Shown here in pieces: positions 33,488-44,500 of a DNA stretch of 53,398 bases (position 1 is its first letter; each line of letters starts with the position of its first letter). The notes beneath the pieces were generated by a model that searched no databases, was not told the origin of the DNA, and saw only the letters and a program-made list of their open reading frames with translations. The stretch is from a virus (lineage: Duplodnaviria > Caudoviricetes). The stretch is taken from positions 1 to 53,398 of the IMG/VR virus record IMGVR_UViG_3300031886_000005; one strand, 5' to 3'. The position numbers and the translations under genes were made by a program.

Positions 33488-35883
33488 TTCTTGCTCCTAT
33501 CTATAAACTTCTCTAGCTTTCTGAGCTTTCTCGACCCTGCCAATAGCTGCTCAAGATTCAACTTGAATGCGCCTGTTGCCATCTCGGGGGTAATCTTAAG
33601 TGGGTACGGCTTATCGAACCGCTCCCTTGCTGGGTCATGTATGCTCCCCATGGTTGGCGCATTCGGGACTGCGCCTTGCCTGTGCCGCTCGTGAGCAAGG
33701 GGCAGCATGAGAGTCCAGCCCACCATATCTTTAGCAGGTAGTGCGGCGAACTCTTCCATGGTGATCTCCTTGCCTTCTCTCTGCTCATATATAGGCTTAT
33801 GGTAGTTCAGTGAACGCTCCTCGCCAGTCCATTTAATCCTTGGCCCCGACTCTCTGCCAGTCATCACCGTCTCGACTTTCGCCACTCTAGCGTCTAGAAA
33901 TTCAGTGGCTATAAGTTCATCAGCCTCACGGTTAGAGTGCTTGCCGAAATAGTTTGTCATTCCAGTAAGTTCAGCAAAAGTCTCCTTATGAGGCTGAACC
34001 TCAGTATCGTTTATGTGTCTTATGCCATTGTTAACTTGCTGCCTAGCATCCGAGCCACCCTGCATACTGTTGTTTAGTGAGTATTCTTTAATTGCTCCTA
34101 TTAGAATGTCTGCTTCTTCTTCGGTTCCCCCAAGTCCACCGTCATCTCCACGATAATCAGAGTACGCACCCCCTTGCTCCCCTTCCGCCCTTGTTATCTG
34201 ACCTCTTATGATCTCAGTGTAAGGGAACGGCCCCTTGTCCCATTGGGGCTTACTCATGGTGGTGACATCCTTAGACCATGGCACGTTCTTAGTGAGAGAC
34301 TGTGTGGCGTCGGTGAGGTGGGTTTGTGATGATCCACCGATGGACGTAGCCAACAAAGCCATCGGTGCGAGAGGGCCAAGAAGAGGGGTGACCCCGGTAA
34401 GAAAGGCAGCGTCAACTGGGTGGATTCTGTTATCCGTCGGAGTGGTCACGGTCTTAATGTCGCCGCTGACTGCCTCACTGCCCTGCGTGGGCCTCTGGCC
34501 ACGGGCGGGAATGGGCTTAAGACTGTTCCCTTGGCCAGCCGCGATCTGATCGTAGGTTACTCCAGCGGGTGCCTCGCTTGTAGCTGGAGGCGTGCTATTC
34601 CAAAACTTAACATTGCCGTCTTCATCTAAACTGTACGGATCAATCACCGCACCTTCCTGCAACATGTCACCTATTGGGCGACCCCCCATAGGTGTTCCAT
34701 TCTCTGTCCTAACCTCCTGATAAAACTTTTGATATGGAATCTCTGGCTTTTCGCCAGACGGTTTCAGCTCATACTCCTCGCTTTCCTTAAAGTCCTTAAC
34801 CTTCTCCTTAAGTGCGTCTCTTCGTATCTTATCAAGGGGTACCTTCTCTATCGTATAAGTACCGTCTGATTTCATCACCATCTTTTGGATGACGTACTCC
34901 GGTTTAGCCATCTCTCGGTTGCCCCTCATCTCACTGATGCCGTCCTCAGTAAGAATAAACGTACCCTTCGGCAGCACCTCATACCAACCCTTATCCTTAT
35001 GCTTGTCTATCAACCATTGCTCTTCCTCGTCTGTCAGTTTAACCTCTGTCTTCTGAATGTCTAATCGTTGGAGCATCTTTCTCCCGTTAGTGTTCCACCC
35101 CATTCCGCTATCGTTCCTGTACTTCCAGCCACCCAGCGCAGACTTGGCTTCCAAATCATTCCGCTCTCCTTCATCAAGAACATCAGAGAAAACTTTCCCC
35201 ACCTTTTCAGCAATAGCCATGTTCTCCTTGGCTTTGCTGGCATTCTCAAAAGAACCTTGGACTGCTTTAATTTGGGCATTCCCTGTCAGGCTCCTCGCGC
35301 TCGGAGGCGTTACGTTCCACGGGTTCTCCCCTCTCAAGACAGCATCCGTAGTGGCTTTCCTGTATGAATCAACTGCTACAAGGTCTAGTTGCTCTTGTCT
35401 AAACTTATCTGCTTGATTCCTCTTGTAGTCAGTGTCAGCTCTCTTCGATTCTATGGATGCCTCAGCTTCAGCAGATGCGTACTTGATGTCTATTCTCTTA
35501 GCCTCTTGATCCAGCAGCATCCCTTCCATCTCAAGGGGCATCAACGCTGCCTTCTGATTTAGTTGCTGCTGGCTTTGGTTAAGCTCCATCTCGCTTATCC
35601 ACGCACGCTGGGACATCTCTTGTCTCATCGTCTCAGCCTGCATCTCTGCCTTCTTTAGATTGTTCTGAGCGGTAATCATCCCGTTCATGGCAGATGCCGA
35701 TACCTGCGCTGACTTGATGGCATTGGCTGCACGTGCATTGTCTGCTGCCGCACGCCTTGCTGCGTCTGCTGACTTGGCCTCGAACTCCACCACTGCCTGC
35801 TTCTGACCAGCCAATCCTGCTACATCATCGGCGGGGTTCAGCGGGCGGTAGCCCACGTTAATTGCATTTAATCTTTGTGCCAT
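33484..35883 (-). CDS. Internal virion (ejection) protein
   Basis: 799 aa with Q/A-rich coiled N-terminus, directly upstream of the giant protein. Confidence 0.6.
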   Translation of the reverse strand: MAQRLNAINVGYRPLNPADDVAGLAGQKQAVVEFEAKSADAARRAAADNARAANAIKSAQVSASAMNGMITAQNNLKKAEMQAETMRQEMSQRAWISEMELNQSQQQLNQKAALMPLEMEGMLLDQEAKRIDIKYASAEAEASIESKRADTDYKRNQADKFRQEQLDLVAVDSYRKATTDAVLRGENPWNVTPPSARSLTGNAQIKAVQGSFENASKAKENMAIAEKVGKVFSDVLDEGERNDLEAKSALGGWKYRNDSGMGWNTNGRKMLQRLDIQKTEVKLTDEEEQWLIDKHKDKGWYEVLPKGTFILTEDGISEMRGNREMAKPEYVIQKMVMKSDGTYTIEKVPLDKIRRDALKEKVKDFKESEEYELKPSGEKPEIPYQKFYQEVRTENGTPMGGRPIGDMLQEGAVIDPYSLDEDGNVKFWNSTPPATSEAPAGVTYDQIAAGQGNSLKPIPARGQRPTQGSEAVSGDIKTVTTPTDNRIHPVDAAFLTGVTPLLGPLAPMALLATSIGGSSQTHLTDATQSLTKNVPWSKDVTTMSKPQWDKGPFPYTEIIRGQITRAEGEQGGAYSDYRGDDGGLGGTEEEADILIGAIKEYSLNNSMQGGSDARQQVNNGIRHINDTEVQPHKETFAELTGMTNYFGKHSNREADELIATEFLDARVAKVETVMTGRESGPRIKWTGEERSLNYHKPIYEQREGKEITMEEFAALPAKDMVGWTLMLPLAHERHRQGAVPNAPTMGSIHDPARERFDKPYPLKITPEMATGAFKLNLEQLLAGSRKLRKLEKFIDRSKN

Positions 35884-35892
35884 AAGTTAATC

Positions 35893-36696
35893 CTAACTGA
35901 AGCCTCCGCCTGTTGCGCCGCCGTAGCCTCTCATGCCTACGCGAGTATTAGCTGCATCCTGCTGCCTCCGCCACACAGCCTGTTCGTACCTACCCTTTGA
36001 TGATGTTTCATACCACTTATCATATTCAAATGCTTGCTGTTCCCTATGCCTTGCATCCAGCCTGTTTTCTGCTTGTTGTCTCTGCCATTCTTGGACATAG
36101 AACTGTTCGTTTATCTGCTGCACTTGATGCAACGCCTTGGATTGAGCCAGCTTAGATTCGTACACGTCACGTGTGTCAGCCTGCTGCTGGCCCGACCAAG
36201 CATCCCAGCTCGGGCCTTGCACTGCGGGGTCATTAGCTATGTTGCCCATGAATGCGTTCTGTTGGAACGCCATAAACTGTGGCACTTGGGCCAGTGCATT
36301 CTGTTGAGCCTGCAACCCAGCCCTGCCAAAGCTGGCAAGGGACATGTTAACTCCAGCACCCGCACCGCCTTGTATTCCTTGGGTCTGCATCTGCGCTGCG
36401 TACTGTTGGTTAAGAATCTGCTCGTGTGTTTTGGTTAACTTACCACCCAGCGCACTGCTAATAACATCTTGGGCTGAGGACATCATGTCCGTGAACCCCG
36501 GTATGCGGCCAAGGATACCTTGCAATGTATCCATCTTCTTCCCCGCAAGCTCGGCACGTGAACCCTCGGTGTCCTTCATCATCTCTAAGTAGTTGGTGTA
36601 GTCCTGCCCTTGGTCTCGCGGTTGGAACGGATTAACATTCAACACTGATTGATACGGCCCCGTGTTGGGATGGGGCATGTTGGTGTAATCTAACAT
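35893..36696 (-). CDS. Internal virion (ejection/pilot) protein
   Basis: 267 aa, Q/G/A-rich, first of three progressively larger core genes. Confidence 0.55.
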   Translation of the reverse strand: MLDYTNMPHPNTGPYQSVLNVNPFQPRDQGQDYTNYLEMMKDTEGSRAELAGKKMDTLQGILGRIPGFTDMMSSAQDVISSALGGKLTKTHEQILNQQYAAQMQTQGIQGGAGAGVNMSLASFGRAGLQAQQNALAQVPQFMAFQQNAFMGNIANDPAVQGPSWDAWSGQQQADTRDVYESKLAQSKALHQVQQINEQFYVQEWQRQQAENRLDARHREQQAFEYDKWYETSSKGRYEQAVWRRQQDAANTRVGMRGYGGATGGGFS

Positions 36697-36704
36697 TCTT
36701 TATC

Positions 36705-37715
36705 CTATTGTATGTTTTGTACTCCAGCAGCGGTGTCTGCTGCTGAGCCATGTATGCGGGGCACGACAACCGTGCCGTCTCCTATGTAATGCATTAAGTA
36801 ATCTTGCAACATCCCAACCGCTCGTTGCTCGAAGGCGATTGCCTCCTCCAACATGTTCTTTTCAGCTAAGGAAATACTCATAACCATTTCCTTAACAGCT
36901 GGCTTGATGTTAATGAAGAGCCAATCGTTGTCGTTTATAGCGGGTATAAACCGAGCCTTACCAACCACGGTCACCGTGGTGCTTGTGTTGGTGTCCGGTA
37001 AGCCGGGGATAAGGGAACGCCTATAGTGAGGCTTGGTCTCGTCGGGCTCGTAGTGTCCCAAAGCCCTCTCGGTTACGGTGCCTTCCGACTCAATCTCGAA
37101 CAGTTTAACTGGGTACTTGGTAACGTCCTTTATTACGGCTGACAGCTCAGTGAACTTCTGAGTGGTATCAAGAATGTACAGCCCTGTAGTGGACTGAAGA
37201 GCACCACCAGTAAGCGTTACCTTGACCCCGTCAATGACGTTGCCGCCATCTACGCTTCTAACCCAGTCACCATTCTCATCGTAGCCCTGCAGTATGATGG
37301 TTGCAGTGGCTGTCTCCCCGTCAGTGTACTTAACCCTAAGCAACTTCTCCTTGTCATCCTCAATCAGTATGTCTTGGAAGCTGGGTGCCTCCCCCCTGTC
37401 TATAAGGGTGAGGGCATCGTTATTTGCTGTGTCCAGCAAACCCGGCCCTGACTCAAGGAACTCATACCAGCTGTCACGTACCTTTCCGGATGCCCCCGAA
37501 ATTGCCACGGCCTCAATCGTCTCTAGCTGCCTTGGCCACGTGATGGCTCCATTACTCTCAATTAACTCGTACCTTACATATGTTCCCGGCCACTTACCCT
37601 TATACATAAGACGTTCCTGTGCCTCGTTAATGTAATCCACAACACGGGTATCCGTGCTGGCCATTGACAGCATCTTGGCACAAACTGGTTTAACGTCTTT
37701 AAGTAGTAGCTTCAT
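36705..37715 (-). CDS. Head-tail adaptor / tail tubular protein A-like
   Basis: 336 aa, VVDYINEAQERL helix typical of adaptors, helical C-terminus. Confidence 0.55.
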   Translation of the reverse strand: MKLLLKDVKPVCAKMLSMASTDTRVVDYINEAQERLMYKGKWPGTYVRYELIESNGAITWPRQLETIEAVAISGASGKVRDSWYEFLESGPGLLDTANNDALTLIDRGEAPSFQDILIEDDKEKLLRVKYTDGETATATIILQGYDENGDWVRSVDGGNVIDGVKVTLTGGALQSTTGLYILDTTQKFTELSAVIKDVTKYPVKLFEIESEGTVTERALGHYEPDETKPHYRRSLIPGLPDTNTSTTVTVVGKARFIPAINDNDWLFINIKPAVKEMVMSISLAEKNMLEEAIAFEQRAVGMLQDYLMHYIGDGTVVVPRIHGSAADTAAGVQNIQ

Positions 37716-38419
37716 AGTAGATTTCTATTTATTCTAAACCCTATGGACATTCGTTGCTCCTCGGCATAGACGCAGTGCCACATTGGGTTCTCCTTCGTTA
37801 CTTCAAACTCCCTCATATTCCACCCTGCCTTATCCCAACTTGTAACATATTCGCCGTTCAAACGATAGCGGAAGAATGATTTGTCACCCTCTTTTACATG
37901 CGATATGTATATCCTAGTGCACGGATCACCGCTGTTTGTGTGCCACCCCATGAACCCACCCTCTTCCGGGTAGAGAAACATGCCGGACATTTGAATGCTC
38001 GACTTGGGGTAATACTTGGCCAGCTCACGTATCATAGGGACAAGCCTACTCCTTGGAACCTTCAGTCTTCTAAGGCATTTTAGTTCTGCCTTATCTAGGT
38101 CGTCTGTCATTTTCTCTAGAAAGACAGGGGCACAACAGGATGCGGCCCGCTCTACGTCAGGCTCAGCAACACGTTCGTTCTCGTGTGTGTTCCATTTTCC
38201 ATCCATTAACTTCTGCATGTTATCGGGCACAGTGGTTGTGATCCTCATCCTGTCACGTTCCTGTTCCCACTCAATGTGTTCCGCCTCCGGGGTGAGGCTT
38301 TCAATCATCTGTAACTCCTTGTCAGGGTTGATGGGTACTAGCCCCGGCCCAGTTGGGGCCATATGATCATCAGTCTGTCCGGGTGTCGGCCTTAACGGTA
38401 ATTGTATTTGTTCTTTCAT
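37712..38419 (-). CDS. 2OG-Fe(II) oxygenase-like (DSBH) protein
   Basis: YPEEGGFMGWHTN...WHCVY...RMSIGF resembles HxD..H..RxS, with N in place of D. Confidence 0.6.
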   Translation of the reverse strand: MKEQIQLPLRPTPGQTDDHMAPTGPGLVPINPDKELQMIESLTPEAEHIEWEQERDRMRITTTVPDNMQKLMDGKWNTHENERVAEPDVERAASCCAPVFLEKMTDDLDKAELKCLRRLKVPRSRLVPMIRELAKYYPKSSIQMSGMFLYPEEGGFMGWHTNSGDPCTRIYISHVKEGDKSFFRYRLNGEYVTSWDKAGWNMREFEVTKENPMWHCVYAEEQRMSIGFRINRNLL

Positions 38420-38856
38420 ATTAAGCAGGGGGGTAAGATGTGTCGCACATCGTGAAGAGTGTTTATGACATCCCAGTCTATATGGTCTGGGAAATCCCTC
38501 AGTTCGTTCTTGGCTTCTTCCACGCTATCAACCGCCTCTTGGTTCTTAGAGCAGAGATACCTAAACTGCACCGAATCTAGGTGAGCAAGAAGTTCATCTC
38601 TCCTTTTCCTAAGCCACTCCATCCTTATTTCCTTGGCCTTCTCAATGTCTACTGTGACGTTGCCGTCATCGTCCATTTGCCAAGCATCAAAGAAAGCACC
38701 GCCGGGGTCTTCTTCAGATGGGTGTTCCCCAACCTCGACAGACCCTTCCGGTAACCTGTGTTTTTCTGCCTCATCGAAGATGGTCACCATGCCAACCCGA
38801 CCTAGTTCCACCCCTGTTTCAGGGTGCTTCTGTTTATACATATAGTTAGTCGTCAT
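38416..38856 (-). CDS. Tail fibre assembly chaperone-like protein
   Basis: FFDAW...VDIEKAKEI...LRKRRDELLAHLD...KNELRDFP. Confidence 0.6.
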   Translation of the reverse strand: MTTNYMYKQKHPETGVELGRVGMVTIFDEAEKHRLPEGSVEVGEHPSEEDPGGAFFDAWQMDDDGNVTVDIEKAKEIRMEWLRKRRDELLAHLDSVQFRYLCSKNQEAVDSVEEAKNELRDFPDHIDWDVINTLHDVRHILPPCLI

Positions 38857-38864
38857 TTTTTCCT

Positions 38865-39656
38865 TTAATTACCAAAGAACACGACACTTACACCAGCTGT
38901 TGGTGCTTCACCTTTGTCGTTGTCCCAATCTACGTCTCCATCTGTGGCGTTCTCTGCACCTGCCACCATTCTAGGCAGTTCAACTGTTGCTGTTCCAGCA
39001 CCTCCGCTTATTGTTGTTGCTGTAATTCTAACGTGGTCAGCACCTGTGTATGAGCCAGCTGCTTGATCTTCCGCACCAAAACCGGGGCTGCTTGCAATGG
39101 CTAGGCACACGTTTGAATAGCTCACATCGCTGGTGGTTATAGTGAACTGGCCAATGCCAGTGCGGTTTACCGATGCAACATTGTAGTTTGTACCTACCTC
39201 AACCGCTCCCCCAGTGGTGCTATTAAATTTAACCCACGCCTTGGCGTGTCCATCAGTTGTCTCAGCTGCAGGGGCAATCTCGGTCAAGGCCGTTACGCGC
39301 CCATAGGTGTCTACTGTCACCACTGCGTTCATGGTAGATGAGCCCTTGGTGCCTGCTGTTACCACTCCGCTTGGCAGAGCTGCGGCGGGTATTGGCACCG
39401 GAGTCCACGCTGCGTCTTTGTAATAGTGCCACCCAAGGGAACTGCAGTCAGGGTCTGTTTGCTGTTTGAACCACACATGGTTGGTGGCTGGCGCAGAATC
39501 ACCCGCACTAAATAATGCCCCGCCAGTAAAGCTGGACTCAGTGGCGTTAATGAAGTCTTCGTAAGTCTTCTGCCAGCTCTTATGGCAGAAGCTCCCGCCA
39601 AGTGAACCAGCTACAAGAGATACACTTCCTCCCGTTGTTATGTTTGTACAAGCCAT
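38865..39656 (-). CDS. Short tail fibre / tail protein
   Basis: VTVDTYGRVT fibre repeat and AKAWVKFN...YNVASV.RTG.GQFTIT C-terminal domain. Confidence 0.65.
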   Translation of the reverse strand: MACTNITTGGSVSLVAGSLGGSFCHKSWQKTYEDFINATESSFTGGALFSAGDSAPATNHVWFKQQTDPDCSSLGWHYYKDAAWTPVPIPAAALPSGVVTAGTKGSSTMNAVVTVDTYGRVTALTEIAPAAETTDGHAKAWVKFNSTTGGAVEVGTNYNVASVNRTGIGQFTITTSDVSYSNVCLAIASSPGFGAEDQAAGSYTGADHVRITATTISGGAGTATVELPRMVAGAENATDGDVDWDNDKGEAPTAGVSVVFFGN

Positions 39657-39659
39657 ATC

Positions 39660-41558
39660 TTATGTTTCCGGTTGTTTATCACACGTTGCTAGTATTTCTT
39701 TCTCAGTGCTATCAATAGCATCCACTTCTGCGTAGGTCTCCTCGGGCACGTTCCGTGCATTGAGCCTAAACATTTTCAGTCGAGCCCTGCCAGTCCATTT
39801 AATCCTAGCTGCGAACTCAAATCCATAATTAAAGGGTTTACCCACCGAGTCAACGATCCCGTCCGACGGGGCACCGATGGACATCCTCGGCCTGTACTGG
39901 GGCAGGTAGGTCTTAACCCCCTCAGTCCCAGTGGTGATACATGGCAAGCTGGCCCATCCTCCTCCCGGTTCCGTCATGTCATCAGTGCAATCCTTGTAGG
40001 CAGCGTTAATGTCCCAGTCCTGCCAGCCAACCCATACGGGGTACTGGTCGGGGTGGAAATAAGTGCTGAAGCTGACCACCCCGCCTGTGGCGTTATCAAC
40101 CCAAAGGTCTGCGCCTTCCAGCTTTATGGCACTGCCCTTGGAGCCAAAGCTATATGAACCCGACTCAACAACGGAGGTTATCTTGTTATCAACAGTACCG
40201 TCCTCATCAAATATAGCAGAGTCATCACCACGCCTAAGCACCCACATCTCAGTGTCCCCTGCAGGGTTGTCAGAATCATACCGACCTTCCCTGCCGAAGC
40301 AGATGCAGTTCTCAACAGAGTTAACCATGCCAGTAATGAGCTGCATCCATTCTATGTTCCTCGTTATGCTGCTGCGAGACACGTCTAGCTGCCAGTACCC
40401 GTCATAGGCAGGCTGGCTCGCTTCGCCCATGCCGGATATTAAATCAAAATCGAGAACGACGATCCCCTTGAATCCCACTCCCTTCGTTTGGTCGGGGGAG
40501 GAATGTGTCGTTAGTAGGTATCGGTTGTCGAACAATACTCCGCTGGCCCTCTTGAAGTAGGCAGGGTCGTCGTCCTCTAAAATTCCGTTAACCTCACGGC
40601 TTATAGGGGTGTTGCCGTATTGACTGAAATCCCTAACAGCCATGATGAGGGAACGTATCCCATCCTTAGACCTAAACATAACATCACCATTCGCCAAGGC
40701 CGTGGAGTTCTGTGACATGGAACCATTGTTAATCAACACAACCCGCTGAGCGGGGTCAGAGGAGGCAAACCAGTCGTACCTGTCAGCAGGTACAGTAACG
40801 CTAACCGCCCCGTTCTGAGTGAATACGACCAGCTCTCCTTGGCCGAGAGCCGAGTTTGGTGCGTGTGTAAACACCATAGCAGTGATGTCTCCTGCGCCGA
40901 GGGGGACTCGGAAGGAGCCGCCACCTGCTATGTACTCATTCTCAGTAAACTTCAGCGTACCAGTAGGGCCATTAGCTATGTCGCCTGCCACGAAGTTGCT
41001 TCCTTGTGCAACCCACAGCCTGCCGTGACCGTAAGCCATAGGGCCAGTGCCCTTGGGAACCTCGTTCTCTTCAGAGTCAGAGTATCTGTTGGCTCCTACG
41101 GTGTCATATATAAAGGGACGATTAACCCCGTCTTGAATGATTAGATAATTCTTTAACGGGTTCTCTTTTGCCTGTGCGAAATAAACCTGCTCAACCCAGT
41201 CGGCTAGGGGTGCCCCATTGGTTTCATCAGCAACAGTCCAGTCGTTGCCCTCAACAATGGGCGGGTCTATCCTGTAAACATTACCTCCAGCAACCGCTAT
41301 GATGTGCCCCTCGTTGTCATCCTCAGTAAACCATGATGCACCTTGGAACTTGGCCTCAACAAATGCAGTGGTAGCTGCAGAAGCCTCAAGGGTTACCTTC
41401 TTAAATGCTGGTCTTGTCTTGGCGTACCCGCCTCTAAAGGAAACATTCTCAGCATAAGAACACTCAGTCGGGCCGAGCAGGGCAGGGCTCTTCCCCGAAT
41501 CCATGCCGCCGGGAAGGGCGTGGAAACCATCAGACACTCTATGCTGGTCGTTAATCAT
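39660..41558 (-). CDS. Tail nozzle / tubular protein B (P22 gp10 or T7 gp12-like)
   Basis: 632 aa, GGMDSG...SYAENV...KTRP N-terminus, beta-rich with GRLWVA, position in the tail operon. Confidence 0.65.
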   Translation of the reverse strand: MINDQHRVSDGFHALPGGMDSGKSPALLGPTECSYAENVSFRGGYAKTRPAFKKVTLEASAATTAFVEAKFQGASWFTEDDNEGHIIAVAGGNVYRIDPPIVEGNDWTVADETNGAPLADWVEQVYFAQAKENPLKNYLIIQDGVNRPFIYDTVGANRYSDSEENEVPKGTGPMAYGHGRLWVAQGSNFVAGDIANGPTGTLKFTENEYIAGGGSFRVPLGAGDITAMVFTHAPNSALGQGELVVFTQNGAVSVTVPADRYDWFASSDPAQRVVLINNGSMSQNSTALANGDVMFRSKDGIRSLIMAVRDFSQYGNTPISREVNGILEDDDPAYFKRASGVLFDNRYLLTTHSSPDQTKGVGFKGIVVLDFDLISGMGEASQPAYDGYWQLDVSRSSITRNIEWMQLITGMVNSVENCICFGREGRYDSDNPAGDTEMWVLRRGDDSAIFDEDGTVDNKITSVVESGSYSFGSKGSAIKLEGADLWVDNATGGVVSFSTYFHPDQYPVWVGWQDWDINAAYKDCTDDMTEPGGGWASLPCITTGTEGVKTYLPQYRPRMSIGAPSDGIVDSVGKPFNYGFEFAARIKWTGRARLKMFRLNARNVPEETYAEVDAIDSTEKEILATCDKQPET

Positions 41559-44500
41559 GCTTAATAATAAAGTTTATAGCTAGGTAAGGAGGACAAATCT
41601 CTACTGGGTCTACCTCAGCCCCGAGTAAAGCCTCTCTCCCTCCGACCTCACTGGTTAGACCAGCGTGTGTGTGACCAATCCCAAGGCCAACCTCTGTTCC
41701 AGTGGTGCCACTGTGACTGCCAGCTTGGTTGGTGGCTCCAGTCGAGCTCTGCGCTGCTATCCATGCGACCCCGTCAGTTGAGTCGGAATCGCTTGCTGCG
41801 TAGTCGATGTCAACGGCGTGGTAATGTCCCGCCTCGCTCGCATCTATAGTGTGATCGTGATCTAGTTCTGAAGTCTCGAAGGTGTGGTCATGGGTCAGCC
41901 CGCTGGTTGCCACGGTGTGGTCGTGATCCAGTGCGGCAGTTGCCACGGTGTGGTCGTGATCCAGTTCTGAGGTTTGGAAGGTGTGCCCGTGGCCGGGAAT
42001 ATCAAAGTCATGGTCGTGTGCTGCTATTGCGTGATCATGTTCACTGGTTGTAACAGTGTGAGTGTGTCCCGGTGAATCGTGATCGTGTGCTGCTATGTCA
42101 TGGCTGTGTGCAGCCATCGTGAAATCATGGTCATGCGCGGCGATTGTATGGGTGTGCTCAGGGACTGTGACTGTATGCTCGTGTGCCGCTATTGTGTGAT
42201 CATGTTCACTGATTGTAACAGTGTGAGTGTGTCCCGGTGAATCGTGATCGTGTGCAGCTATTGTGTGGCTGTGTGCAGCCAACTCAAAGTCGTGTTCATG
42301 TGCCGCTATCGTGTGGTCATGTTCACTGATTGTAACAGTGTGAGTGTGTCCCGGTGAATCGTGATCGTGTGCAGCTATATCATGGGAGTGGGAGCTAATG
42401 TCGTGGGTGTGACTCGGAACAGTTACAGTGTGGCTGTGTTCCGGTGAATCGTGATCGTGAGCAGCTATACCGTGGGTGTGTCCGGGGATCGTAAAATCAT
42501 GTGAGTGGGTTGGCAGGTCGTGGGTGTGTGACCCTAAAGTGTGCGTGTGTGTAGGGATGTCAACATCGTGGGTGTGAGCAACGGCATCGTGGGTGTGAGC
42601 AGCTACGTCAATGTCGTGGGCGTGCTGTAGGGTAGTAAAGGTGTGGCTGTGTGCCGCTATCGAGTGATCGTGTTCGCTGGTTGTGACGGTATGCGTGTGT
42701 CCCGGTGAATCGTGATCGTGTGCTGCTATATCATGGGAGTGGGCAGTAAGGTCATGCGTGTGCTCGGGGATCGTTATCGTTCCATCAATGTCATGCACGT
42801 GGTCGCCAATCGTTACTGTATGATCGTGAGCCGGGGAGGTATGCGTGTGGGCAGATACAGAGTGGCCATGAGCCGGAACAGTGTGCGTGTGGGATGGTAG
42901 GTCAAAGTCAAAATCGTGACTGTGGCCAGCATGATGTGCGTGTGGGAGATCAAACGAGTGAGTGTGATCAAATAAATCAGTGTTAACCGTGTGTGTGTGG
43001 TTGCCAACATCCACTTCATGGGTGTGCGTCATGTTGTGTGTGTGAGCCGCTTCGGTGGCAGTGTTGCCAGTGACAGCGTGGGTGTGATCCCCAAAAGAGT
43101 GTGAGTGTGCAGCATATGTGTCAGTGCTGCCGTCAATATGAGTATCATGGTTGTGCTCGATGATATTTCCGTAATACCAGTTCAAATCTACGTCGTTTGC
43201 ACCCCAGTCTTCGCCAAGCGTCCAGTCCACCGACCTCCCAGCAGGAGCCGCCCAAGAGTCACCCGCACCTCCCGCAGACCACACATTAACTGCTCCATAG
43301 TCTACATACGAATCGGCGATGTACTGGAAAATCTCGGCTGCTTGGTGGTCTGTAGCGAGTCCTGTGTCCTCCATTGTGGAAGAGCGTTCGTTAAAAGACA
43401 TATCGTGACTGTGTGACCCAGCAGTACCAGTGGTGCCGCTCGTCCCTCCGGAGGTAACGTCATAATCATGTGAGTGAGCAGTGCCAGCACCTGTGCTGGC
43501 ATAGTCTGAGGCACCGGATGTGACCGTGTAGTCTGCGCTGACTGGAATTTCCGCAGTTTCAGATGTCCAGTGTATTCCCAGCGGAGCATTGTAGCCCCCT
43601 TCACCCGACGGGCCTCCAACATCTATTCCTAAATCAGCCGCAGTGCCGTCTCCTCCGGTGTTAAAGCCTGCATCATCGTCATCGTCTATGGTATCTGCTA
43701 CTAGGTGGTCGTGTGCACCACTGGTGGAGGATGTAACATCCCAATTTTGTTGTGCAAGCGCACCCGTGGTCAACTCAGCAGACTGGCCTGTGGTTCCGCC
43801 GCCCCCGGAGTTAACTGTCACAGCCGTATCATCAGCGTTTATGCTCCAGCCTGTGTGAGTGGAGGCGGTTAAGACATCATCATCTACGGCTAAGCTCCAG
43901 CCTGTGTGAGTGTCAATCGCTGCATCAACACCTTCAGTTTCTAAGATTCCTGAGTCGTTAATTGTTACATCCGTTGATGTGGTTGGAACGCTTTCACCCC
44001 CATAAGTTGAGGTATCTAGTGCTACTGCGTCCGTGGTGTAGGACTGACTACCGCCACTAGCTGTATTTTGTTCGATTGCTCCACCTGCATTGATTGTTAC
44101 ATCAACCGAGTCTGATGTGATGTCCTCCGCTCCACCTGCTCCAGTTGTTCCGGAAGAAGCATTCGTTGTTACGTCCACCTCGTCAGTGGTATACCCAACA
44201 TCCGCATTAGCAGCAGTTGTTAGGGCCGTGTCGTTAATTGTTACATCGGTAGGGTCAGCTGCTATGCTCCAGCCGCCGTGAGTGTCAATCTCTGCATCAA
44301 CACCTTCAGTTTCTAAGATTCCTGAGTCGTTAATTGTTACATCCGTTGGTGTGGTTGGAACACTTTCACCTCCATAAGTTGAGGTATCTAAAGCTACATC
44401 AGAGGTGTCATATTCAGCGGCAGCAAGTATGCTGGTTGTTAGGGCGGTATCGTTAATAACCACATCCGTTGGTGTGGTTGGAACACTTTCACCTCCATAA

